Of a stretch of DNA of 64,000 nt, positions 41,715 through 54,779 are shown piece after piece. The stretch comes from Macrostomum lignano (lineage: Eukaryota). The stretch covers positions 1 through 64,000 of the forward strand of contig NIVC01002837.1 of assembly GCA_002269645.1 (NCBI GenBank), read 5' to 3'. Each line of letters starts with the position of its first letter. Positions within the stretch are counted from its first letter, which is position 1. Position numbers and translations under genes: made by a program. Under the pieces are notes generated by a model. It had not been told where the DNA came from and did no database searches. It was given only the letters and a program-made list of their open reading frames with translations.

Positions 41715-43628
41715 AAGAATAGATACTGAGACTGAGAATAGACACTGACACTGAGAATAGACACTGACACTGAGAATAGACACTGAGACTGAGAATAGAC
41801 ACTGACACCGAGAATAGACACTGACTCTGAGAATAGATACTGACACTGAGAATAGATACGGACTCTGAGAATAGACACTGACACCGAGAATAGACACTGA
41901 CTCTGAGAATAGACACTGACACCGAGAATAGACACTGACTCTGAGAATAGATACTGACACTGAGAATAGATACTGACACTGAGAATAGACACTGACACTG
42001 AGAAAAGACACTGAGACTGAGAATAGACACTGACACCGAGAATAGACACTGACACTGAGAATAGATACTAACACTGAGAATAGACACTGACATTGAGAAT
42101 AGACACTGACACCGAGAATAGACACTGACACTGAGAATAGATACTGACACAGAGAATAGATACTGACACTGAGAATAGATACTGACACAGAGAATAGATA
42201 CTGACACCGAGAATAGATACTGACACTGAGAATAGACACTGACACTGAGAATAGATACTAACACTGAGAATAGACACTGACATTGAGAATAGACACTGAC
42301 ACCGAGAATAGACACTGACACTGAGAATAGACACTGACACTGAGAATAGACACTGACACCGAGAATAGACACTGACACTGAGAATAGACACTGACACTGA
42401 GAATAGATACTGACACAGAGAATAGATACTGACACTGAGAATAGATACTGACACAGAGAATAGATACTGACACCGAGAATAGATACTGACACTGAGAATA
42501 GACACTGAGACTGAGAATAGATACTGACACTGAGAATAGATACTGACACTGAGAATAGATACTGACACTGAGAATAGATACTGACACTGAGAATAGACAC
42601 TGACTCTGAGAATAGATACTGACACTGAGAATAGATACGGACTCTGAGAATAGACACTGACACTGAGAATAGATACTGACACTGAGAATAGACACTGACA
42701 CTGAGAATAGATACTGACTCTGAGAATAGATACTGACACTGAGAATAGATACTGACACTGAGAATAGATACTGACACTGAGAATAGATACTGACACTGAG
42801 AATAGATACTGACACTGAGAATAGATACTGACACTGATAATAGATACTGACACTGAGAATAGACACTGACACCGAGAATAGACACTGACACTGAGAATAG
42901 ACACTGACAATGAGAATAGATACTGACACTGAGAATATACACTGACACTGAGAATAGACACTGAGAATAGATACTGACGCTGAGAATAGATACTGATGAC
43001 ACTGAGAATAGATACTGACACTGAAAATAGATACTGATGACACTGAGAATAGACACTGACACTGAGAATAGATACTGACTCTGAGAATAGATACTGACAC
43101 TGAGAATAGATACTGACACTGAGAATAGATACTGACACTGAGAATAGATACTGACACTGAGAATAGATACTGACACTGAGAATAGATACTGACACTGATA
43201 ATAGATACTGACACTGAGAATAGACACTGACACCGAGAATAGACACTGACACTGAGAATAGACACTGACAATGAGAATAGATACTGACACTGAGAATATA
43301 CACTGACACTGAGAATAGACACTGAGAATAGATACTGACGCTGAGAATAGATACTGATGACACTGAGAATAGATACTGACACTGAAAATAGATACTGATG
43401 ACACTGAGAATAGACACTGACACTGAGAATAGATACTGACTCTCAGAATAGATACTGACACTGAGAATGTATATTGAAACTGAGAATAGATACTGACACT
43501 GAGAATAGACACTGACACTGAGAATAGATACTGACTCTCAGAATAGATACTGACACTGAGAATGTATATTGAAACTGAGAATAGATACTGACACTGAGAA
43601 TAGACACTGACACTAAGAATAGACACTA
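41715..43628. repeat. Minisatellite, 19-bp unit (GAGAATAGATACTGACACT), ~1.9 kb
   Basis: About 100 copies. Confidence 0.97.
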
Positions 43629-44401
43629 GAATAGTGATAGGAGCCTCGTACGTGAGAAGCCAGGGTCAGCATGCGATCTCGGAGGTTGGGCGGGGATTCC
43701 GGGAACCTTTCCTCCCACCCCGTCATGAGTACAACCTCCTTGAGCATAGATTTTGAGACCCAAATCTCGTTGCAGATTTACATCAGGATATGAATCTCGG
43801 GCGGCCGAAAATTCTCTGCGTCCCGGACGTTTGAGTGATGCGATTAGGATGGAAACAGACGATGTCATCGGGGAGGATATCGAATTCCAGCTTCACAGTG
43901 CCATTTGGGTACAGAAGCAGGAAAAGTGACAGATATGGGCGAAATCTATGGGCACGCAATCACTGGGGGATTTCGGCTGCACTGCAGTGGAATGCAACTC
44001 GATCCCCAGCTGCTGCAGCACTTGCTGCTGATGGCTGGGATAAAGCTGAGACTGCTTCTGCTCGTCGAGAATAAATTGCTCTTGAGTCGACGCGAATAAC
44101 TAGTGCTGAGTCTAGAAAGAGCAACGACAGCAGAAGAAGCAACAGTAAAAAGCAGCAGCAACAGCAACAGCAACAACTAAAGCAACAACAAAAGCAACAG
44201 CAACAGCAAAGCAACAGCAACAGCAAAAGTAACAGCAACAGCAAAAGCAACAGCAACAGCAAAAGTAACAGAAACAGCAACAGCAACAGCAACAGCAAAA
44301 ACAAAAGCAACAGCAAAAGCAACAGAAACAGCAAAGGCATAAGTAAAAGCAGCAAAAGCAACAGCAAAAGCAAAAATTAAAGCAGCAGCAAACTCGGAGC
44401 C

Positions 44402-47400
44402 ATGAACGCGCCGCCTTTAGTCTGTCAGAATCCGAGCTTCAGCAGCCAGCTGAGCATCCCAACGCCGCCGCCGGTGGCTCCGCCAGCGACGCCGATGCGC
44501 TGCCAGTGCGACTGCAACTGTGGATCGTCCTGGCTTCAGGACGGTGAGAAATTCGGGTTTTATAATTTTTGGTTGCTTTTTCTTCAACAATTTTAGCTGC
44601 TAAATGTTTTTTCTACTATAAGTAGCTGAGAAAAACTCTAGATATTTATTATATTCGCAGGCAATGGCGATTGCGGCAACAGCAATGGCAGGCGAACTCG
44701 CACACGTGCGCAGAACTACCATACGATGCACTTCGAAGACGTCGAAGTCGATGGACGACGCGGCTGCTGCTTTGGGCGCCGTCTGCGCCGGCGAAGTCGC
44801 CGACAGCAACAGGCCGAGTCCAGCGTCAGGGAGCCATCGAGGCCGGGCGGCGAACGGCGACAGTCTCGGCTGGGCGGGGCCTGCACCATTCTAGGGCTGG
44901 TGGCCGATGTCTGCCTGTTGATGGTCGTGGTGATGACCGCCTATTTGCTGAGGTCGGTTCTTGGGTTATGGGAGGCTCTGTGTACATTTGGAGACGAGAT
45001 TTTTCATTCTATGTACATTGGGAGACGAGATTTTTCATTCTATGTACATTGGGAGACGAGATTTTTCATTCAATGTACATTGGGACACGAGATTTTTCAT
45101 TCAATGTACATTGGGAGACGAGATTTTTCATTCAATGTACATTGGGAGACGAGATTTTTCATTCTATGTACATTGGGAGACGAGATTTTTCATCCTATGT
45201 ACATTGGGAGACGAGATTTTTCATTCTGTGTAGATTTGGGGACGAGATTTTTTATGTAGTGTACATTAGGGGGAGATATTTTTCACTCAGTGCACATGGG
45301 GTTTATATTTATTGTACTTTAATAAACTACTTTGAGCACTGAGCCTTATCAGAAAGCCTATCCGGATATTTCAGATGCTCGCAGACGACTCAATTCTACG
45401 GTTTCCCGTCATCAATGTTTCCAAAAATCTGCAGCGATCTGTAAAATTGAACTGATTATTTAAATTAATGCAAAAACATAAGAGAATCGATGAAGGACTC
45501 TTAACAGAATAATTCGAAAAAACCACCCACAGCTGGTCAAGAATCATCCCGGTTCGGAGGCCCGATATTTCTGGCTGGCAGTTTTCTCTGGCGAATTCAA
45601 CCGGCGATTCTCAACGGAGAAGCCGGCAGCAAATGGCGGAATTCCCGCTGTCCGGCCGGGTCTCAGAGGAGCTGCTCTACTGTCTGACACTGGCTGTTCC
45701 CGTGCTTATAGTCAGTTTTTCAGCAATATTTCTACTATGCATTTTCTAAGTATCCTACTGTTAGTAGGCAAGTTTCGCATTTTTGTCTCTTTTTATATCT
45801 GACTGCGCAGATTGCAGTCTGCGAATTGTCGCTGATTTGCCTGTACCGGAAGGAGCGGCCGGCCCGGCTGAACCCGCTCTGCCCGTCTGTGCGACTGCCC
45901 AGGGCGCCGCGAAGGCTGTACAGAATCATTGGTGAGAGACAATCAAAGCATCTTCATCGATGCTCTGTTTTTTCGAAGACATAGCGCTTCACAGGTTTGA
46001 AAATTGTACAATACAAGCGTACTTGGAGCTGGCGGAGCCACCGGCTCGGCTTAGGGATGCTCAGATTCTGAGAATAAAGGCGACAGAATTCATGGCTCTG
46101 AATTTGACGCTGCTCTCCCTGTTATATCTTCTTCTATTGCTTTTGCTTTTGCTGTTGGTTTTGCTGTTTCTATTACAGTTGCTTTTGCTGTTTCTTTTGG
46201 TTTTGCTGTTGCTTTTGCTGTTAGTTTGCTGCTGCTGGTGCTTTTGCTGTTGCTTTTACTGTTGCTTTTGCTGTTGCTTTTGCTCTTACTTTTGTTGTTT
46301 CTTTTGCTGTTTCTGTTGCTTTTGCTGTTGATTTTGCTGTTCAACTTGACATGAACAGTTTTAATCTCGTTGACGCAGTTTAGCATTTTTTCATTGAATC
46401 ATGCAACTCTCGATCAACTATTTTCAGTAAACTTTGCGTTCTGCTACTTCCTGCTCATGCTCATCACGGATGTGCTCAAAGCGTACTTTGGTCATCCCAG
46501 GCCTCAGTTCTTGGCCGTCTGCCAGCCTCCTCAGACTGCTCATAGTGATATTGCTGATGTGCTGGGCGGGTGTGCGGAGAAGCGACTTCACGTGCTCAAG
46601 GATCTCAGGTAAGCTGCAGGGATCTCAGGTAAGCTGCAGGGATCTCAGGTTAGCTGCTGGGATCTCAGGTTAGCTGCTGGGATCTCAGGTTAGCTGCTGG
46701 GATCTCAGGTTAGCTGCTGGGATCTCAGGTTAGCTGCTGGGATCTCAGGTTAGCTGCTGGGATCTCAGGTTAGCTGCTGGGATCTCAGGTTAGCTGCTGG
46801 GATCTCAGGTTAGCTGCTGGGATCTCAGGTTAGCTGCTGGGATCTCAGCAGCATCAGAATTTCTGCGTTATTTTCAGAACGTCATTTCCATCCGTGCTGT
46901 CGTGTCTGATTGCGTATTCGACAACTTTTCTGATTGTAAGTCGGGGTTTTAACTACACATTTTTGGCTATGTAATGTAGCTCGGATATAGCTTGGAATTA
47001 TTTGTACCTAAAGCCTGCATTCCTGAGCCCTTCAACCTTCTCTGAAGCTCACAGCCTGCATTCCTGAGCCCTTCAACCTTCTCTGAAGCTCACAGCCTGC
47101 ATTCCTGAACCCTTCAACCTTCTCTGAAGCTCACAGCCTGCAAATTCCTGAGCCCTTCAACCTTCTCTGAAGCTCACAGCCTGCAAATTCCTGAGCCCTT
47201 CAACCTTCTCTGAAGCTCACAGCCTGCAAATTCCTGAGCCCTTCAACCTTCTCTGAAGCTCACAGCCTGCAAATTCCTGAGCCCTTCAACCTTCTCTGAA
47301 GCTCACAGCCTGCAAATTCCTGAGCCCTTCAACCTTCTCTGAAGCTCACAGCCTGCATTCCTGAGCCCTTCAACCTTCTCTGAAGCTCACAGCCTGCATT

Positions 47401-50400
47401 CCTGAGCCCTTCAACCTTCTCTGAAGCTCACAGCCTGCAAATTCCTGAGCCCTTCAACCTTCTCTGAAGCTCACAGCCTGCAAATTCCTGAGCCCTTCAA
47501 CCTTCTCTGAAGCTCACAGCCTGCATTCCTGAGCCCTTCAACCTTCTCTGAAGCTCACAGCCTGCATTCCTGAACCCTTCAACCTTCTCTGAAGCTCACA
47601 GCCTGCATTCCTGAACCCTTCAACCTTCTCTGAAGCTCACAGCCTGCAAATTCCTGAACCCTTCAACCTTCTCTGAAGCTCACAGCCTGCAAATTCCTGA
47701 GCCCTTCAACCTTCTCTGAAGCTCACAGCCTGCAAATTCCTGAGCCCTTCAACCTTCTCTGAAGCTCACAGCCTGCAAATTCCTGAGCCCTTCAACCTTC
47801 TCTGAAGCTCACAGCCTGCATTCCTGAGCCCTTCAACCTTCTCTGAAGCTCACAGCCTGCATTCCTGAGCCCTTTATCCCTCACTGAAGCTTAGAGCCTC
47901 AACCACCCCCGAACTCTTCTTCCCTCTCTGAAGCTCAGAGCCTCAACCACCTGAACCCTTCCACCCTCAGCTGTACCTGAACTCCCTGGCCAGCTTGCAC
48001 GGCGGGAAGCACGCGGCTCTGCCGTTACTGACGGGGCTTTTGGCTCTCGCCGGAGCTCTCGGCAGCTCCGACAGGGTGACCACCGGTAGGGCCAGGGCGG
48101 TCGACTCGGCTACTGGCGCAGTCATTGGCGTCATCAGCGCCGTCTATCTGGTGAGTGAGCATTGCTGAGGATCTGGGATTTTAGAATTAGGGATTCGAGT
48201 GAGATTTTAGAATTGGGGATCTCAGTGGGTTTTTAGAATTGGGGATCTGAGTGGGATTTTAAAACTGGGGACTGAGTGGGATGTTAGAATTGGGGATTTG
48301 AGTGGGATTTTAGAATTGGGGATTTGAGTGGGATTTTAGAATTGGGGATTTGAGTGGGATTTTAGAATTGGGGATTTGAGTAGGATTTCAGAATTGGGGA
48401 TTTGGGTGGGATTTTAGAACTGGAGATTTGAGTAGGATTTTAGAATTGGGGATTTAAGTGGGATTTTAGAACTGGGGATTTGAGTAGGATTTCAGAATTG
48501 GGGATTTGGGTGGGATTTTTGAACTGGAGATTTGAGTAGGATTTTAGAATTGGGGATTTAAGTGGGATCTTAGAACTGGAGATTTGAGTAGGATTTTAGA
48601 ATTGGGGATTTAAGTAGGATTTTAGAATTAGGATTTGAGTGGGATTTTAGAATTGGGGATTTGAGTGGGATTTCAGAATTGGGTTTGAGTTGGATTTGAA
48701 ACCTGGTAGAAGAGGCTGGTACTCTGTCGCTACTCCTGCAACCTCATCTCACAAAAAAGGTGCAGGCGGTTCACGGCGGCCTGTCACCTCGCGGCTCCAA
48801 CAGCCGCAACAGACGCTTGCTGGCTCGGGGCCTTCTGCTACTAATAGAAGGCGGCCGCGGTGGCGGGGGCGGCTGCCATGGCACGGACGAGGCTGCAGAG
48901 GTGAGCCAGCGGAGCCAGAAGCAGAAATCTGCAACACTAGGGAGACCCCAGGTGGTTGCTAATACAAGTATAGCCAGTAGCTAGGTGTATTACTCTGACG
49001 ATATGTAGTGTAAATCATTATTTACACCAATGCTAAAAAGAGAGGGAAGAAAAAAGGGGAAAGAAGGGATATCGAAGAAAATAGATAGGAGAGGAGAGAG
49101 AGGAGAGGAGAGAGGAGAGAGAAGAGAGGAGAGGAGAGAGAAGAGGAGAGAGGAGAGAGGAGAGGAGAGAGAAGACGAGAGAGAAGACGAGAGAGGAGAG
49201 AGGAGAGGAGAGAGTAGAGAGGAGAAGAGAGAGAAGAGGACAGAGTAGAGAAGAGAGGAGAGAGAAGAGTAGAGAGAAGAGGACAGAGTAGAGAGGAGAG
49301 GAGAGAGAAGAGAGGAGAGAGAAGAGGAGAGAGGAGAGAGGAGAGGAGAGAGAAGAGGAGATAGAAGAGGACAGAGTAGAGAGGAGAGGAGAGAGAAGAG
49401 GAGAGGGGAGAGAGGAGAGGAGAGAGAAGAGGAGAGAGGAGAGAGGAGAGGAGAGAGAAGAGGAGAGAGTAGAGAGGAGAGGAGAGAGGAGAGAGAATAG
49501 AGACAGGAGAGAGGAGAGAGGAGAGAGAATAGAGACAGGAGAGAGAAGAGAGGAGAGAGAAGAGAGGAGAGAGAATAGAGACAGGAGAGAGGAGAGAGGA
49601 GAGAGAATAGAGACAGGAGAGAGAAGAGAGGAGAGAGAAGAGAGAATAGAGACAGGAGAGAGGAGAGAGGAGAGAGAATAGAGACAGGAGAGAGAAGACA
49701 GGAGAGAGGAGAGAGGAGAGAGAATAGAGACAGGAGAGAGGAGAGAGGAGAGAGAATAGAGACAGGAGAGAGAAGACAGGAGAGAGGAGAGAGGAGAGAG
49801 AATAGAGACAGGAGAGAGAAGAGAGGAGAGAGAATAGAGACAGGAGAGAGAAGAGAGGAGAGAGAAGAGAGGAGAGAGAATAGAGACAGGAGAGAGAAGA
49901 GAGGAGAGAGAATAGAGACAGGAGAGAGAAGACAGGAGAGAGGAGAGAGGAGAGAGAATAGAGACAGGAGAGAGAAGACAGGAGAGAGGAGAGAGGAGAG
50001 AGAATAGAGACAGGAGAGAGGAGAGAGGAGAGAGGAGAGAGAATAGAGACAGGAGAGAGAAGACAGGAGAGAGGAGAGAGGAGAGAGAATAGAGACAGGA
50101 GAGAGGAGACAGTCAGTGAGTTACAACGCTGCGCATGAAGAACAGAGGGGGCAAATAAGGCGGTCCAGGGGCTCCAGCGAACCAGTGCTGCAGTCACCTG
50201 ACACCAATCAGTCTGCTACTTGTGCTGCATTTTTCTATTAAAAAATCCACCCTTCCAGGCACTGCTGTCTCAGCAGCCAAGACGCTACTATATTGAGTAG
50301 CCCCAATAACAAAATTAATATCTAATAGCTCCACATTTTATTATATTTTATGCGCTTAGCTAAACTTTACTATAGACTGCCGTCTTGCTTCTGTAGAGAG

Positions 50401-50656
50401 TTTATTTTTTCTGATACCAGCTTTGATCGATAGACGATATTTAAACATGCTTTAAAACTTCTACATGCGATGCATTACGCCCGCGAAATTGCAGTCACCT
50501 CTGCCGCCAGCAATCATTGTGACGGATGATGGACCCACTGGCACTGGGGCTGTCAGCTGTGCATCGAGAGCTGCTGATTGCATCGGCAAGCGACGCCCGT
50601 GCCCGCCAGCTGGCAGTGGACTCCGAACTGCCGAGATTGCGGAGCACAGATTCTGA
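44402..50656 (+). CDS. PAP2/phospholipid phosphatase family membrane protein, predicted catalytically inactive (PLPPR-like), 9 exons, about 482 aa
   Basis: Phase-consistent exons 44402-44543, 44661-44952, 45533-45710, 45811-45931, 46428-46608, 46878-46935, 47971-48150, 48766-48900, 50495-50656; total 1449 nt. C1 motif TDVLKAYFGHPRPQFLAVCQP; C2 RTSFPSVLS; C3 SDRVTTGRARAVDSATGAVIG. Exons 3, 8 and 9 are less certain. Confidence 0.8.
44990..45250. repeat. Minisatellite, 31-bp unit (GAGACGAGATTTTTCATTCTATGTACATTGG), PLPP-like intron 2
   Basis: About 8 copies. Confidence 0.92.
46601..46848. repeat. Minisatellite, 20-bp unit (GATCTCAGGTTAGCTGCTGG), spanning an exon-intron junction
   Basis: 12 full units plus a partial one; the first unit includes the last 8 nt of the exon. 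Confidence 0.95.
47012..47880. repeat. Minisatellite, 41-43-bp unit (AGCCTGCATTCCTGAGCCCTTCAACCTTCTCTGAAGCTCAC)
   Basis: About 20 copies, decaying into the downstream acceptor. Confidence 0.95.
48170..48690. repeat. Minisatellite, 26-bp unit (GAGTGGGATTTTAGAATTGGGGATTT)
   Basis: About 20 copies. Confidence 0.93.
49075..50110. repeat. GA-rich simple/minisatellite repeat
   Basis: Purine tract with GAGAATAGAGACAG subunits. Confidence 0.93.
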
Positions 50657-50689
50657 GTTCTGGGATTACCTGACCCAGGGGAGATATGA

Positions 50690-51358
50690 GATAAAAAGGG
50701 GAAGGAGACGGGGAGAGAGGAGAGGGAGGGAAAAGAGAAGGGTGAAAAGGGGAAGAGAGGAGAGTAGAGTAGAGAAGAGAAGAGAGGAGAGTAGAGTAGA
50801 GTAGAGGAGAGGAGAGGAGAGGAGAGGAGAGGAGAGTAGAGGAGAGGAGAGGAGAGGAGAGGAGAGGAGAGTAGAGTAGAGTAGAGAAGAGAAGAGAAGA
50901 GAGGAGAGTAGAGTACAGTAGAGGAGAGGAGAGGAGAGGAGAGGAGAGGAGAGGAGAGGGGAAGAGAGGAGAGGAGAGGAGAGGAGAGGAGAGGAGAGGA
51001 GAGGAGAGGAGAGGAGAGAGGAGAGGAGAGGAGAGGAGAGGAGAGGAGAGGAGAGGAGAGGAGAGGTGAGGAGAGGAGAGGAGAGGAGAGGAGAGGAGAG
51101 GAGAGAGAAGAGAAGAGAGAAGTTAAAAGAGAATATAGAAGAGAGGAGAGGAGAGGAGAGGAGAGGAGAGGAAAAGAGAGGTGAGGAGAGGAGAGGAGAG
51201 GAGAGGAGAGGAAAAGAGAGGTGAGGAGAGGTGAGGAGAGGAGAGGAGAGGAGAGGAGAGGAGAGGAGAGAGAAGAGGAAGAGAGAAGTGAAAAGAGAAT
51301 ATAGAAGAGAGGAGAGGAGAGGAGAGGAGAGGAGAAGAGAAGAGAGGAGAGGAGAGCA
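50690..51358. repeat. (GAGAG)n-type purine repeat
   Basis: Pentamer run. Confidence 0.93.
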
Positions 51359-52247
51359 CTGAGCGCTTTGACACAATAAATAGACGAGTCACACGGGTCC
51401 CAAAGCCGCGTGGCGCAGTACTGCAATGACACGCAGCAGAATTCGTGTGAAATCGATACAGTAATTAGGAGAGAGGGAGAAATTCTAAAATGGCGAGGAA
51501 ACCAAGACGAAATGAAGAATGCTGACGTCACTGCACTTTTGTCAATTTGTAATTGCGAAAAAGGACAAACCAGTAACAACTCATCAAGCGTAGCTACAGG
51601 GAATTCAGCTTCTCTCATCGATGTACTTTACATAGTTATCTTACAGCTAATCTACCTTTGGTCGTCATAAAAATAATACCTGATGCAAATTTAACTCATG
51701 CAAATAATCGGTAATTTTACAGAATTTATAGTCATATTTTTCCTACCCCAATAGACTACCCTACTGATGTCTGCAAATTCTATTTTTTAAATCGATTATT
51801 TTTCTCAAATAAAAAGCGTATGATTCTACTCTGTAGAGAAGTCAGTAGTCTGTCTAGCGCGCATTCACTAATAACTAATCGTTTAAAAATGTTTTATTTA
51901 CAAAAATTCTTTCATGCTATACAGATTTTGCGTGTGAGGTCTGTGGGGCTGCAACATCTGCAAGTCTGCACAGGGGATCATAAATTGTGGGAGTTCTGGG
52001 CGAACAGGAGAAGAGAGGTAATCTTCCCGCGAAAAATATTCGCTGCATCCCCTGGGCAGCGAGCTCGGGATGACGGAGTGGCATGGAGGGTTGCGCAATC
52101 ACGCCGATTCTTCCAAGATAGCGGGCGCCCCACTGGGCTGCCAGGCTGCGACCCGATTTGATGTACGAGCGAGGCTGCTGCAGTCTCTGCTACTGATGCT
52201 GGCTGCAGATTTGGCCGGCTTCATCTGCTCCCGGAATCTCTGTGGAC

Positions 52248-52732
52248 TCTTTTCTCTCCTCTCCTCTCCTCTCCTCTCTTCTCCTCCTTTTCTCCCTTTC
52301 TTCTCCTCTCTTCTCTTCTCTCCTCTCCTCTCCTCTCCCTTCTCTCCTCTCCTCTCCCTTCTCTCCTCTCCTCTCCCTTCTCTCCTCTCCTCTCCCTTCT
52401 CTCCTCTCCTCTCCTCTCCTCTCCTCTCATCTCCTCTCTTCTCATCTCATCTCATCTCCTCTCTTCTCTTCTCCTCTCTTCTCTCTTCTCCATTCTCTCT
52501 TCTCTTCTCTTCTCTCTCCTCTCCTGTCCTTTGCTATCCTTTCTTTTCCTCTCCTCACGTCTCTTCTCCTCTCCTCCTTATTCTCCTCTCCTCTCTTCTC
52601 CCCACCTCTCCTCTCCTCTCTTCTCCCCACCTCTCCTCTCCTCTCTATTCTCTATTCTCTCCTCCTCTCCTCTTCTCTCCTTTTCTCTCTTCTCTCCTTT
52701 GCTTTCCTCTCCTTTCTCCTCTCCCATTGTCC
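52248..52732. repeat. (CTCTC)n-type pyrimidine repeat
   Basis: Pentamer run, complementary to the 50690-51358 tract. Confidence 0.93.
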
Positions 52733-53569
52733 CATTTCTCGGCAAGCATGCCCAGAACACTGAGTGAGTGCAGAGCTCCAGAAGACATTTCCCAGCAGAA
52801 ATGGCAGCACACTCTCAGTCCCCCAGACCGGCTCAAGCATTAGTCATCGCAGCCAGTGGCCGAGGGTGTTAGATCATAATCCCAGTGAAGAGACGATTAT
52901 CCCCAGCTTATTATCCTCAATTTTATTCCCAATCTTTGGCAGGTGGTCCGCATGCCTCACCACCCGTTTCAATTCACTCGCGGCTTCGCCTCATAACAAA
53001 AAATGAGGATTTTAAGCTGCTGACAGACTTGGGGAAGACTGAGCCCGGCTAATCCCCAGCAATATTGGGGATTTTCGCCACTGGAAAACCTCATTGCATC
53101 GCAATGCAGTTCCCATTGCCCTCGAGCCAGACAGAAGTGGGCAATGATGGCCTCAAGGATTGGGGGTGGGCACGGGTGTTTGGGCAGATCCCCTGCTGCA
53201 TAGCAACTGGGATTGTTCATCTTGCCTGTCTGTCACGCACATTTTAACAGCCGAGTGGAACTATAACTGTTGGAGTTGGCGATGGACGAATATGGAAAAC
53301 TTCTCACACTCTCACAGCGATGAGTTCGGAATTCGATCAGCCACTTTCAACTCTGCCCGGCGCTTTGGGATTTCCCCGAGCAGAGGAGATCTTCTAAAAG
53401 AGCAAGCCAGGAAAATTCAGATTTAAAGATTGCGCTGAAGCGGGCCAGATCAGGGGTCTGGGCTGCATCGAGTGAGATTGGAGTCGGGGCCTGGGGACTC
53501 GTGATTTATTCTTTACGTGGAGGAGGGAGCACTGGGTCTTCTGGGAAGGAAGTTCCTGCGATATTAAAT

Positions 53570-54256
<687 letters not shown>

Positions 54257-54779
54257 AAAGGTAGTATGTACCTACTCTAAGTTGATCCAACAATCCAAAG
54301 TAATAAATACCAACTATTTAATCCCGATTCGCTAATCTGTATCATATCTAGGTCTCACAGTTCCTTAGCCGCTAATGAAATATGCAAGCATACCCTTGCA
54401 GAGAAACACAGAACGTCACTCTTGGCTGCCTCCGCAGTAGCAAATGAAGAGTTGACAGCGCTACTCCAAGAACTCACTGTTCAATCCACCCTGGTTTCCA
54501 ATTGAAAAGATCGTCTCCAAACCCCGGTGTAAAACAGACGGGAGCCCCTGCTCACCGCACGAGTGAGTGCCCAAGCCGGTCTCACTGTCCTCTAGTCTGT
54601 ATTTTCACACCCCGCTGCCTACCAGGGCTTCGCGCTAATGCCGAGCTCATGAATAATTAATGAGCCGCGCGCGCCGCTACGGCTGCGACGTGGAATTTTT
54701 TGAGAAAAAATCTGCAGTAAAAAACTGCCTGAGTTTTACAGAAAATTTTGGTGTTTGGCGTGGGCTGGGGATCTGAGAG

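Noticed and set aside
45353-45450. Alternative PLPP-like exon 3 (RKPIRIFQMLADDSILRFPV)
   Set aside because: It has a weak donor, and the exon at 45533-45710 already joins in phase and supplies TM2. It cannot be excluded as an alternative exon without cDNA.
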